Assembly: GCA_002311135.1 (NCBI GenBank)
Contig: DBZK01000037.1
Span: 73,852 to 137,851 of the forward strand
DNA length: 64,000 nucleotides
Reading direction: 5' to 3'
From: Dehalococcoidia bacterium UBA1162
GTDB lineage: Bacteria > Chloroflexota > Dehalococcoidia > GIF9 > UBA5629
The notes beneath the pieces are model-generated. The model made no database searches, had not been told where the DNA came from, and saw nothing but the letters and a program-made list of their open reading frames with translations. Positions 47,231 through 56,887 of the stretch are shown piece after piece. The translations under genes were made by a program, and so were the position numbers. Numbering within the stretch: the first letter of the stretch is position 1; each line of letters opens with the position of its first letter.

Positions 47231-47977
47231 TTATTTAGCTTTGCCCTGGTTGGCCACCGCGCTGGTGGCCTTCTTCAATTCCTCGGGGCTGGCCAGGTAA
47301 TAGCTTCTCAATTTTTTCAGATTGGCGTCAAGTTCGTACACCAGCGGGATACCGGTGGGAATATTGAGACCGACGATATCCTTGTTGGATACGTTATCCA
47401 GATATTTCACCAGCGCCCGCAGGCTATTGCCGTGGGCGGAAATTATGACCCGCTTGCCGGATTTTATGGCGGGCGCTATTGACGTATGCCAGTAAGGAAG
47501 GCAACGCCTGTAGGTATCCTTCAAACTCTCCACAAGGGGTAGCTGATCCGCTTTCAAGTCCGCATACCTGGGGTCACGGCCGGGGTAACGCTCATCCTTT
47601 TTATTCAGGGCCGGAGGCGGGATATCGTAGCTTCGCCTCCAGATCAATACCTGGTCCTCGCCGTACTTTGCAGCAGTCTCCGATTTATTCAAGCCCTGCA
47701 GCGCTCCGTAGTGCCTCTCGTTGAGCCGCCACGAATTTTTCACTGGTATCCACATCAGGTCCAGCTCATCCAGAGCAATCCAGAGCGTCCTGACAGCCCG
47801 CTTCAGCACCGACGTGAATGCAAGGTCGAATGTATATCCCTTTTCCCTTAATACCCTGCCGGCCTTTTGAGCCTCCTTCATACCCTTGTCCGAAAGGTCC
47901 ACATCGGTCCAGCCGGTGAACCTGTTCTCGCTGTTCCACAGGCTCTCACCATGCCGCAGCAAAACCAGCTTGATCAT
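47231..47977 (-). CDS. gpmA: 2,3-bisphosphoglycerate-dependent phosphoglycerate mutase
   Basis: [25 protein letters not shown] catalytic His motif; 248 aa. Confidence 0.9.
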   Translation of the reverse strand: MIKLVLLRHGESLWNSENRFTGWTDVDLSDKGMKEAQKAGRVLREKGYTFDLAFTSVLKRAVRTLWIALDELDLMWIPVKNSWRLNERHYGALQGLNKSETAAKYGEDQVLIWRRSYDIPPPALNKKDERYPGRDPRYADLKADQLPLVESLKDTYRRCLPYWHTSIAPAIKSGKRVIISAHGNSLRALVKYLDNVSNKDIVGLNIPTGIPLVYELDANLKKLRSYYLASPEELKKATSAVANQGKAK

Positions 47978-48162
47978 ATGAATTTCTCCGTAAAACCTAT
48001 AAAATATTACATGTAGTACTTTGATTTTATTTCAATGACGATTTATTATAACCAAAGCTAGCCCGGCCTGCATTGTTTGCGAAGGGACGTCAGCAAACGA
48101 AGGTGAAATGCAGGGCCGCATCTGAAAAAACTGGGTTGAAACCGATTTATAGGGGGATTGAA

Positions 48163-50148
48163 TTGGTACAAACGGTAAATCTAAGCAAAGACCTCGGGTT
48201 TCTCCGCATCGGCGCGGCTGTTCCCGCACTCAAAGTTGCCGATGTCGACTTCAATATAAAGGCCATCCTGGATGTGGTTGAAAAAGCCGGGGCTGCGGGT
48301 GTGCAGGTGCTATCCCTGCCCGAGATGTGTATAACCGGGTATACCCTGGGTGACCTGGTCCAGCAGGAATCGCTCCTTGCAAAGGCGTCCGAGGGGTTGA
48401 ACTCGCTGGTCGAATCTACAGCCGGTTCGAATATGATGGTGATAGCCGGGCTGCCGATGTGTATCGACCAGAAGGTCTTCAATTGCGCTGCGGTGATCTG
48501 CGGCGGCCAGATATTGGGGATTATACCCAAGACCTATCTGCCCTCATACAAAGAATTTTATGAAAACAGGTGGTTCGTTTCCTCCGAGGATGCCCTCTCC
48601 GATACCGTGCATATTAACGGCAGGGCGGTCCCCTTCGGCACCAATATACTGTTTTCGCTTAGCGGGATACCTGCGGCTATCATTGGCGTGGAAATATGCG
48701 AAGATATGTGGGTCCCCCTTGCCCCACACGAATACCAGGCCCTGGCCGGCGCCACGCTACTGGTCAACATCTCCGCCAGTAACGAGATACTGGCCAAGGC
48801 GGACTGGCGCCGCACTATGGTCTCCTCTGAATCGGGCCGTTGCGTTGCCGCCACTTGCTATGTCTCTGCCGGCACGGGCGAATCGTCCAATGATGTGGTC
48901 TTCGGCGGCCACTGTCTGATAGCCGAAAACGGCAATATACTCAAAGAATCGCAGAGGCTTATACCGGACCCGGTCGCTATTACAGCGGATGTCGACCTCG
49001 ACAGGCTGGTGCATGACCGCATTACACTCAACAGCTTCCGGCAGTCTCCCGCCCACATAAAACCCTTCCGCGTTATCGAGACCTACGTGGACGATACCCC
49101 CGCAACCGGACTCCTGAGGGATATCGATCCGCAGCCTTTCGTGCCCCGGGACCCTGCCAGGCGCGCAGAGAGGTGCCACGATATCTTTTCCATGCAGGTA
49201 GCGGCGCTGGCGAAGAAGCTCGCGGGCGCCAAAAACGACCGCATTATACTGGGTGTATCGGGCGGCCTCGATTCTACACTGGCCCTGCTGGCCGCTACCA
49301 AAACCGCCGACTTCTTGAAGATGCCCCGCAAAAATATTTATGCCTTCACTTTGCCGGGCTTCGGCACCACCGAACGCACCCGCAATAATGCCACCAGCCT
49401 GTGCAAGGCTTTGGGAGTAAACATCAAGCGCGTGGATATTACCACCACCTGCAAAGCTCACCTTTCGGATTTGGAACACAGCGGCAACGAAGATGTAGTT
49501 TTCGAAAATAACCAGGCCCGCTACCGCACCGAATTCCTTTTCAACAAGGCTAACGAACTGCACGGCATCCTGCTGGGCACCGGTGATTTGACCGAAGTGG
49601 CGCTGGGCTGGAGCACTTTCTCCGGCGACCATATGTCGCATTACCATATAAACGTGTCGGTTCCCAAGACGCTGGTGCGCTACCTGATACGCTGGGTGGC
49701 GGATGAGGAACTATCAGGCACCCCCGCTCAGAATGTGCTTTACGATGTGCTGGATACCCCTATCTCGCCCGAGCTGAAAAAGCCCAGCAAGGGTGAGATC
49801 ACCCAGATGAGCGAAGATATTATTGGCCCGGTTGAACTGGCCGATTTCTTCCTCTATCCGCTGGTCAGGCTGGGAACCCGTCCCGGCAAGATACTTTTCC
49901 TGGCCAATGAAGCACGCAAGCAGAAGCTGTTCGAAGGCCACTATACGCTGGAGGATATACACCACTGGCTGATGAATTTCATCAAACGGTTTTTCCACAA
50001 CCAGTTCAAAAGGACCTGCCTGCCCGAAGGGCCAAAGGTGGGTTCGGTCAGCTTATCACCCAGGGGCGACTGGAGGATGCCGTCCGACGCCGAGCCGGCC
50101 TTGTGGCTGGAAGACCTGGAAAATATGTACTCGAAACTGCGCCGCTAG
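48163..50148 (+). CDS. nadE: glutamine-dependent NAD+ synthetase (nitrilase + synthetase domains)
   Basis: I set the start at TTG 48163, preceded by AGGGGG. The track ORF starts upstream at 48073. N-terminal CN-hydrolase domain and C-terminal PP-loop SGGLDS. Confidence 0.85.
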   Translation: MVQTVNLSKDLGFLRIGAAVPALKVADVDFNIKAILDVVEKAGAAGVQVLSLPEMCITGYTLGDLVQQESLLAKASEGLNSLVESTAGSNMMVIAGLPMCIDQKVFNCAAVICGGQILGIIPKTYLPSYKEFYENRWFVSSEDALSDTVHINGRAVPFGTNILFSLSGIPAAIIGVEICEDMWVPLAPHEYQALAGATLLVNISASNEILAKADWRRTMVSSESGRCVAATCYVSAGTGESSNDVVFGGHCLIAENGNILKESQRLIPDPVAITADVDLDRLVHDRITLNSFRQSPAHIKPFRVIETYVDDTPATGLLRDIDPQPFVPRDPARRAERCHDIFSMQVAALAKKLAGAKNDRIILGVSGGLDSTLALLAATKTADFLKMPRKNIYAFTLPGFGTTERTRNNATSLCKALGVNIKRVDITTTCKAHLSDLEHSGNEDVVFENNQARYRTEFLFNKANELHGILLGTGDLTEVALGWSTFSGDHMSHYHINVSVPKTLVRYLIRWVADEELSGTPAQNVLYDVLDTPISPELKKPSKGEITQMSEDIIGPVELADFFLYPLVRLGTRPGKILFLANEARKQKLFEGHYTLEDIHHWLMNFIKRFFHNQFKRTCLPEGPKVGSVSLSPRGDWRMPSDAEPALWLEDLENMYSKLRR

Positions 50149-50155
50149 GTGACCT

Positions 50156-50764
50156 CTAGACTACGAGCTTGAAGGCTTCTTTCTTGGCGCCGCAGATAGG
50201 GCATTCATCCGGCGCCGAGCCCACGGCCACATAGCCGCATACGTTACAAACGTAATACTCTACACCCTGCGGATCCATGATGCGGTCAAGCGCCTTTTCG
50301 TACAGCTTGGCATGCCCCCTCTCCACATCGCGGTGAAATTCGAAGATCTTGGCTACCGCCGGATTTCCTTCTTCATTGGCATCCTTGATAAAATTCGGGT
50401 AGGCGTCTTTGGCATAGTTTTCCCGTTCAAAGGCGGCCTGCAGGTTCTCCTGTGTATCCGCTATGACTCCCAGCAACTGGAGATGCCGGGCGGCATGTAT
50501 GGCCTCGGATTGGGCGACCGCCCTGAATAGTCCGGCGATGGCGGGCAAACCCTCCTGGTCGGCCTTTAAAGCGAAGGCCAGGTCGCGTATATTGGCCTTC
50601 GATTCACCTGCAAAGCCTTCCTGCAAATTCTTAAGCGTCTTGGTGCCTTTTATCCTGGTACTTTGATAAAGGTCCATCTGGTCGGCGGGAGCGCCGCACA
50701 CCGGGCAATGCTCAGGTTTGGCCTCGGCCATTTCAAGATGCCTGCAGTTAGTGCACAGCCACAT
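50156..50764 (-). CDS. rubrerythrin-family protein with rubredoxin-like Cys4 motifs at both termini
   Basis: CTNC...CPVC at the N-terminus, a ferritin-like di-iron core (E...EAIH / E...ERGH), and C-terminal CNVCGY...CPICG. Confidence 0.8.
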   Translation of the reverse strand: MWLCTNCRHLEMAEAKPEHCPVCGAPADQMDLYQSTRIKGTKTLKNLQEGFAGESKANIRDLAFALKADQEGLPAIAGLFRAVAQSEAIHAARHLQLLGVIADTQENLQAAFERENYAKDAYPNFIKDANEEGNPAVAKIFEFHRDVERGHAKLYEKALDRIMDPQGVEYYVCNVCGYVAVGSAPDECPICGAKKEAFKLVV

Positions 50765-50798
50765 ATTAATTCAACCTCCGAAAGCTTATTTATACTCA

Positions 50799-51401
50799 CT
50801 ATTTGGCCGCGAAATTGACGATCCCGCGGTGGATCATGCTGATAGCAATGGCGGCCAGCAGCAGAGCGAATATCTTGGATACGGCCAGCACCCCACCACG
50901 CCCCAGTATTTTAACGAGCCTGTTGGCCTGGACAAAAAACAGCCAGGATATCAGCAGGTTAGCAATAAAAGAGAATAATACGATAAAGATATTGTACTGG
51001 TCGTTAAGTATTAACAAGGTGGTAAGAACGGCCGGGCCGACAACCAGCGGAGTTCCCAGCGGCACGACGCCTACCACGTTATCTCCCATCGATGCCTGCG
51101 CTTCGAACATCTTGCCGACCACCAGTTCCTTGGCGCCCAGCAGGAAGAGAATCAGCCCGCCCGCTATCAGGAAATCATTCACCGTTATCCCCAAAAATAT
51201 AAAAATACCTTTGCCTACGATGATGAAGACCAGTCCCAGGACTAGTGCTGTTATAAGCCCGTTGCGGATTACGCAGCTCCGATCCCTGGCGTTCATATCC
51301 TGCGTAAGCGTGAGCAAGATGGGGACGACGCTGATGGAATCCATGGCCACGAACAGCGGGACAAACGTCAGGCCGAAATCACGCAGAAGATTCAAAAACA
51401 A
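50799..51401 (-). CDS. MarC-family (UPF0056) integral membrane protein
   Basis: 200 aa with six predicted TM helices, typical MarC length and topology. Confidence 0.65.
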   Translation of the reverse strand: MFLNLLRDFGLTFVPLFVAMDSISVVPILLTLTQDMNARDRSCVIRNGLITALVLGLVFIIVGKGIFIFLGITVNDFLIAGGLILFLLGAKELVVGKMFEAQASMGDNVVGVVPLGTPLVVGPAVLTTLLILNDQYNIFIVLFSFIANLLISWLFFVQANRLVKILGRGGVLAVSKIFALLLAAIAISMIHRGIVNFAAK

Positions 51402-51490
51402 GCCCGGGCCTCCCTCCTTAGACGATTATTGATGCAGCCTTTGTATCTGCAGGTAGTATAGCAAAGGGTTATTTTACCTACAAACTTAAA

Positions 51491-52543
51491 TTAATGCGCC
51501 TTAATATAACGCGCATAGAGTTTCTCGGCCAGTTCTTCATCCAGTGTATTCTGGATAATCGCACGCCCGTCCGGAAATACCGTAATATGGCAATTATCGA
51601 CATCGAAGCTCAGCAGGTATTCATTGCAAGTCAGGTTTTTAACGCCGGTCAGCCGCCCGGCAAGTTGTTTCAACACGATCTCCCCGGCTGTGGTATCCAC
51701 TATCTGTATGGCCCGGCTCTGGCCGCACAAAGACGATTTTAAAAGGGTCTTTTTTTTATTTAAAAAGTCATAGTCTCCGTTGCAGGCCGGGCAGCCTTGC
51801 TTGCGGGCAATAGGCAATCGTTGGAAAGACGCCTCCCAGACATCGAGGCTGATCAGGTCCTTATTCAACTGGTCGCTGCCGACCAGGATTTTGATGGCTT
51901 CCGTAGCTTCCAGAGAGCTGATAGCCGCAGCCGCCGTGCCCAGTACGCCGTCTGTCTCACAGGTGGGCATGATCTTTTCAGGCGGTATGTCCGGGAAAAC
52001 GCACCGGAAGCAGGGAGTCCTGCCGGGTATCATAGTCATGGTCATGCCGAATGATGAAATCGCCCCTCCGTAGATATAGGGAATCCCCAATTTAAGGGCG
52101 GCATCGTTGATCAGATAGCGGCTTTCAAGATTGTCCAGGCCGTCCAGGATGACGCCCATTCCGGAGCAAAGACTTTCAACGTTGCTCACATTGACATCGG
52201 CAACTACGGCTTCGACCTCAACCAGCGAATTAATCGTATTCAGCCGCCTTTTGGCGGCTATGGCCTTGGGCAATTGAGCTATAACGTCGTTTTCGTCGAA
52301 AAGCACCTGCCTCTGCAGGTTATGGTATTCCAGGAAGTCCCTGTCGATAATCCTGATTTTGCCCACTCCCGCCCTCACAAGCAGGTTGGCCACATTGCTG
52401 CCGAGCGCCCCGCACCCGATGATAACTACGCTGCCCCGTCCCAGTTTGGCCTGGCCTTCTTCGCCAATGCCGTGGAACATCACCTGCCTTGAATAGCGCT
52501 GCCTGGCATTTTCCCCCATTTCCATAGGATTGTTTCCAGCCAT
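51491..52543 (-). CDS. ThiF/MoeB/HesA-family E1-like adenylyltransferase with a C-terminal extension
   Basis: RYSRQV...GCGALGSNVANLLVRAGVGKIRIIDRD nucleotide-binding motif, CxxC pairs (CFRC...CPAC), and a ~90-aa C-terminal tail. Confidence 0.75.
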   Translation of the reverse strand: MAGNNPMEMGENARQRYSRQVMFHGIGEEGQAKLGRGSVVIIGCGALGSNVANLLVRAGVGKIRIIDRDFLEYHNLQRQVLFDENDVIAQLPKAIAAKRRLNTINSLVEVEAVVADVNVSNVESLCSGMGVILDGLDNLESRYLINDAALKLGIPYIYGGAISSFGMTMTMIPGRTPCFRCVFPDIPPEKIMPTCETDGVLGTAAAAISSLEATEAIKILVGSDQLNKDLISLDVWEASFQRLPIARKQGCPACNGDYDFLNKKKTLLKSSLCGQSRAIQIVDTTAGEIVLKQLAGRLTGVKNLTCNEYLLSFDVDNCHITVFPDGRAIIQNTLDEELAEKLYARYIKAH

Positions 52544-52686
52544 TTCTCAGTAATAATATCATGTCTGAATAGAGCCATAAAATTGGGCCGGGCAAATTAT
52601 TAGACTGAAGAAACGTAAAATTGAGCCATATGGGTAATTGAATAAGCCTATCCGCAGCTATAATATTTCATTGGAAGAAGCTTGGA

Positions 52687-53376
52687 TTGTCAAGAATCCA
52701 GGGCTATGAGAGGAAACGAGTGCTTAACCGGTTAATAAAAGCAATATGCAGGTTAAACAAAGAGGAAGCAGGTACAAACGGCCTTGATACAGCCATAATA
52801 TTAATCGCATTCGTTACGGTGGCGGCGGTTTTCGGCTATGCAGTATTGAGCGCGGGACTTTTCTCCGCCGAAAGGGGCAAAGAGACCGTTTATGCGGGCC
52901 TGGCGGAAGCTAAAAGCAACCTGGAGCTTTCAGGCTCGGTTATAGCCCTGGGGACCCCTACATATATGTTCAACGGTTTTCCCGTGGAGGGTACGGCGAA
53001 CTCTGTCATGTTCACCCTCAAGAATGGTCCTGCAGGCGCCCCCATAGACATGACCCCCAACGGCGGCGCCACGCAAGGCCATAATAAATGCGTAATAACC
53101 CTGACTACAGCCGAGTGGTACGATAATAATGTGACCTGGTATTACGCTCCCCTTGGCGCGGATAACGGCAATAACTTGCTGGAGCCGGGCGAACAATTTG
53201 AGATAACTATAGATTTCGGGAATCTTGGTGCAGATCCGCACCTCAACCCTTACATGAATCCCGACCTGCATGCCAATGACACTTTCACTATTCAGGTGAA
53301 GCCCAATGTCGGGTCGACTATTACTATCCAGCGGAAACTACCGGCGGCTATTGACAGCGTTATGGACCTGCATTAG
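52687..53376 (+). CDS. archaellin-like (archaeal flagellin FlaB/ArlB-type N-terminus) class-III signal-peptide protein
   Basis: After a basic leader (...RLNKEEAG) comes TNGLDTAIILIAFVTVAAVFGYAVLSAGLFSAERGKETVYAGL. This aligns position-for-position with archaellin N-termini of the KKG|[30 protein letters not shown]...GKE...GL type. The real start is probably GTG at 52720, 6 nt after GAGAGGA. Two N-x-T sequons. Confidence 0.55.
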   Translation: MSRIQGYERKRVLNRLIKAICRLNKEEAGTNGLDTAIILIAFVTVAAVFGYAVLSAGLFSAERGKETVYAGLAEAKSNLELSGSVIALGTPTYMFNGFPVEGTANSVMFTLKNGPAGAPIDMTPNGGATQGHNKCVITLTTAEWYDNNVTWYYAPLGADNGNNLLEPGEQFEITIDFGNLGADPHLNPYMNPDLHANDTFTIQVKPNVGSTITIQRKLPAAIDSVMDLH

Positions 53377-53391
53377 GCCCAGCGGAATAAT

Positions 53392-54921
53392 TTATTCTAA
53401 ATAATCTTTAAGCTTGCGGCTACGGCTGGGATGGCGCAACTTACGCAGGGCTTTGGCTTCTATCTGTCGTATGCGTTCCCTGGTCACGTTGAATTCCTGC
53501 CCCACTTCTTCCAGCGTCCTCGCCCTGTCGTCTTCCAGGCCGAAGCGCAGTAAAATTACGCGCCTCTCCCTGTCGGTCAATTCGCCCAGCAATTCATTGA
53601 TCTGGGCACGCAAAAGTCCGATGGTTGCGATCTCGGCGGGAGCCAGGCCTGTCTTGTCTTCGATAAAATCCCCCAGGTGGCTATCCTCTTCCTCGCCGAC
53701 AGGTGTCTCCAGCGACAAAGGGGTCCTGGTCAATTTGAGGATTTCCGTTACCTTTTCCACCGAGAGCTCCATCGCCAGGGCAATCTCATCGATATTCGGC
53801 TCACCACCGCCCTCCTGGCTTAACTGCCTGCGGGTCCTCAGCAGCCTGTTGATATTTTCCACCATGTGGACGGGGATCCTGATAGTGCGTGATTGATCGG
53901 CCAGCGCCCGCGTAACGGCCTGCCGTATCCACCATGTCGCATAAGTGCTGAACTTAAAACCACGTCTGTATTCAAATTTATCAACGGCCCGCACCAGGCC
54001 GATGTTCCCTTCCTGTATCAGGTCCAGGATCGGCATATGCTGCTGGCTGTATTTCTTGGCAATGCTGACCACCAGCCTAAGGTTGGCCTCGATAAGATGC
54101 CTGGACGATTTATCGGCATCGCGTTTTACGCTGTTGGAAAACTGTTTGAATTGGCCGTTAAGGGATTGCAGCTTCGCCAGCAAGTTTTCATTCACAGGAT
54201 CTTTGAGGTACTGCTCAACCTGGTTCCAGGAAGTGCGGCTCCCGATGACTTCATAAATCTTCGTGGGCAACAGCCGGCTATATACGGATATGTCGGCCAG
54301 GTCATGCCAGACTTCAGGGAAGGTCCTTCCGCAATTCGCGCATATTGCTTCGACAAAGGGTATTTCTATTACGCCGTCTACGGCAGCCCTCAATTCGGGC
54401 TTGAGAAGCGTTTGTTTGAAATTGCTTCCGCACTGAATTCCCAGGTTCTTATAGAGGGCCAGGACTACCGGGTAGGCGGAAACCAGCTTGCGCAGGCTGG
54501 CCAGGATAACGCTAACCTCCCGGTCATATTGTTCCGGGTTAGCGGTGTAGAACTTCTCTAACCTGGTCAGGTACCGGCCGTCCTCAACCTTGCCTGCCAG
54601 CGACCGTTCCTCCTTGGCAGTAAGTAACGCCACCTTTCCGATCTCCCGCAGGTACAAATGTATCGGGTCATCATAAAAGTCGATTACCTCAGCCGCTATG
54701 ACGGGTGGAAGGGCATGTTTGCTGTCAGCCAGTAACCCGGCCGGGTCCTCCAATCCGTTCTCAATTGATACCAGGTCTTCCCAGATAGAGGCCGTACGGA
54801 CGAATTCATCTGCTTCCTTTTCGTCGAACACATCCAATGCGACGTCAAGGCCTGTCGATGACGGCAGTCCCGGTGTTGAAATGAATGGGCTCTTAAGGCC
54901 AATGTCTTTACTATTTATCAA
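53392..54921 (-). CDS. rpoD: primary sigma-70 factor
   Basis: 509 aa with regions 1.2-4.2, including [13 protein letters not shown] and [27 protein letters not shown]. Confidence 0.9.
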   Translation of the reverse strand: MINSKDIGLKSPFISTPGLPSSTGLDVALDVFDEKEADEFVRTASIWEDLVSIENGLEDPAGLLADSKHALPPVIAAEVIDFYDDPIHLYLREIGKVALLTAKEERSLAGKVEDGRYLTRLEKFYTANPEQYDREVSVILASLRKLVSAYPVVLALYKNLGIQCGSNFKQTLLKPELRAAVDGVIEIPFVEAICANCGRTFPEVWHDLADISVYSRLLPTKIYEVIGSRTSWNQVEQYLKDPVNENLLAKLQSLNGQFKQFSNSVKRDADKSSRHLIEANLRLVVSIAKKYSQQHMPILDLIQEGNIGLVRAVDKFEYRRGFKFSTYATWWIRQAVTRALADQSRTIRIPVHMVENINRLLRTRRQLSQEGGGEPNIDEIALAMELSVEKVTEILKLTRTPLSLETPVGEEEDSHLGDFIEDKTGLAPAEIATIGLLRAQINELLGELTDRERRVILLRFGLEDDRARTLEEVGQEFNVTRERIRQIEAKALRKLRHPSRSRKLKDYLE

Positions 54922-54996
54922 TATGAATATCTCAATAAAGCCTGATAAATTTTGTTATTTCCAAGCTTTAACCTGCTGATATCCTGAGAGGTTGTT

Positions 54997-55302
54997 TTAC
55001 CTTCTCGGTTTAATCGAACTGTAGCAATCGCTGCAGTAAACCGGCCTGTCCTCTCGTGGTTCGAAAGGTATCTCAGCCTGTTTGCCGCACTGCGAGCATA
55101 CTGCCTGATACATTTGCCTTACGTGACCCAGACGCGTGCCACTGCCGCCGCCGCGTGACGATTTCCTGGCTTCCCTGCAATCAGGGCAGCGCTTGGGCTC
55201 ATTGGTATAGCCTTTGGATGCGTAAAATTCCTGATCGTTGGCGGTGAATGTGAACTCCTTGTTGCAGTCGCTACAGGTTAGATTCTTGTCGGTGAAACCC
55301 AT
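54997..55302 (-). CDS. double zinc-ribbon protein
   Basis: CSDC...CPDC and CSQC...CSDC pairs; 101 aa. Confidence 0.55.
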   Translation of the reverse strand: MGFTDKNLTCSDCNKEFTFTANDQEFYASKGYTNEPKRCPDCREARKSSRGGGSGTRLGHVRQMYQAVCSQCGKQAEIPFEPREDRPVYCSDCYSSIKPRR

Positions 55303-55650
55303 GTGATGACCTCCAAATATTTTTAATAATGGCTTGAAGTCGGGGTCATCTGAAACATGAATAAATTAAGGCGGGGTAATGCGTTAATGTAATCCAGTTA
55401 GCAATAACCGAAACTTAACCACCGTCTTAACTATACAGTAGAAAGACGTATCAATCAAATTCACATTGAATTTGCCGTCAATAGCCTGTCAACATATGTC
55501 CCAGCTTTACAGTGAGGCCTTATGTCATATATAATATGTACATAGTTCAAGTTAAGGTTATTCACCAGCTTCATATAGTCTCTTCAGATTTATCTCGAGT
55601 TCTTGGATGGCCCAACCTGGCTAAATTAAATATCTAAGAGGTTATCCAAT

Positions 55651-56862
55651 TTGAGTTTCCAAAATTTCAATCTCCATCCTGCTATTATGGCTGGCGTAGA
55701 AGCGGCTGGTTACACCACGCCCACGCCCATCCAGATGCAGGCCATCCCCCCGATCATGCAGGGCCGCGATATCATCGGCCTGGCGCAAACCGGCACCGGC
55801 AAAACGGCGGTTTTCGTGCTTCCCGCACTTCATCGCCTGATGCAGTTACCCAGGGGCAAGATCGGAGCCCTTATCATTTCTCCCACGCGTGAGCTGGCCG
55901 AGCAGACCTGCGAGGCAATCGACGCCCTGGGAAAGAAAACCGGCTTGAAAAGCATAGCCGTTTACGGCGGCGTCGGCATGGACCAGCAGGTACGCAGGCT
56001 GCGCAGCGGCGTAGAGATAGCTGTTGCCTGCCCGGGCCGCTTGCTAGACCATATCTGGAAGGGGACGATAGACCTGTCCCACCTGGATATACTGGTAATC
56101 GATGAGGCCGACCGCATGTTCGATATGGGCTTCCTTCCCGATATAAAAAGCATCCTGAAATGCGTGATGGAGAGGCGGCAGACGCTGCTTTTCTCCGCCA
56201 CTATGCCGGCCGATATCCGCAGGTTGGTCAAGGACCACTTGCGTAATCCGGTCACCGTGCAAATCGGGCAGTCGGCGCCTGCGGACACCGTTTCGCACGC
56301 AGTATATCCGGTCAAACAGCATTTAAAAACATCCCTTTTGGTCGAATTCCTCCGTCGGAACGAGACCGACTCCGTGCTGGTATTCACACGCACCAAGCGC
56401 CGCGCTGACCGCGTGGCCATGCAGTTGGAGAGGGCCGGTTTCCACGTAGCGCAAATACACGGTGACCTGGCACAGAACAGGCGCCAGGCCGCGCTGGATG
56501 CTTTCCGTTCCGGGTCGGTTAAAATCCTGGTAGCAACCGACATCGCAGCCCGCGGCATCGATGTACTGAGCATTTCGCACGTAATCAACTACGATATGCC
56601 GGAGAGCGTTGATGCCTATACCCATCGCATAGGCCGTACTGGCAGGGTAGAACAAAAGGGCATTGCGCTGACTCTTGTTACACACGAAGATGCTTCCCTC
56701 ATACGTGAAATCGAGAATGTACTTAATGCGCCGTTGGAGCGCATGACTTTGGAAGGTTTCAACTACTTGGTCCCTGCTCCGGCTATAACAGGTAGGCCCA
56801 TCGCCAACCGGTCCAACGGCCGCCGATCATTCGGGAGCCGTGTTTCGAGCGGGCGAAAGTAG
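55651..56862 (+). CDS. DEAD-box ATP-dependent RNA helicase (RhlE/DeaD-like)
   Basis: Q-motif TPIQ, Walker A AQTGTGKT, DEAD box (VIDEADRM), SAT, HRIGRTGR. TTG start. Confidence 0.85.
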   Translation: MSFQNFNLHPAIMAGVEAAGYTTPTPIQMQAIPPIMQGRDIIGLAQTGTGKTAVFVLPALHRLMQLPRGKIGALIISPTRELAEQTCEAIDALGKKTGLKSIAVYGGVGMDQQVRRLRSGVEIAVACPGRLLDHIWKGTIDLSHLDILVIDEADRMFDMGFLPDIKSILKCVMERRQTLLFSATMPADIRRLVKDHLRNPVTVQIGQSAPADTVSHAVYPVKQHLKTSLLVEFLRRNETDSVLVFTRTKRRADRVAMQLERAGFHVAQIHGDLAQNRRQAALDAFRSGSVKILVATDIAARGIDVLSISHVINYDMPESVDAYTHRIGRTGRVEQKGIALTLVTHEDASLIREIENVLNAPLERMTLEGFNYLVPAPAITGRPIANRSNGRRSFGSRVSSGRK

Positions 56863-56887
56863 AAGAGGAATTCTCCGGTCTTGCCGG

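Noticed and set aside
48073-48162. Track start of nadE at 48073 (MFAKGRQQTK...)
   Set aside because: The NadE nitrilase domain begins near LGFLRIGAAVP. A TTG at 48163 is preceded by AGGGGG at ideal spacing. The upstream 30 codons overlap the promoter region.
48757-49647. 296-aa minus-strand ORF inside nadE, and similar long antisense ORFs (36217..37212 in pilB, 53893..54561 in rpoD, 55962..56588 in the helicase, 27944..28507 in the ligase-like gene, 8512..9309 in leuS)
   Set aside because: Each lies wholly within a confidently identified gene on the opposite strand. The proteins are Arg/Gly/Ala-rich without domains. This is typical stop-codon-poor antisense frames in moderately GC-rich DNA.
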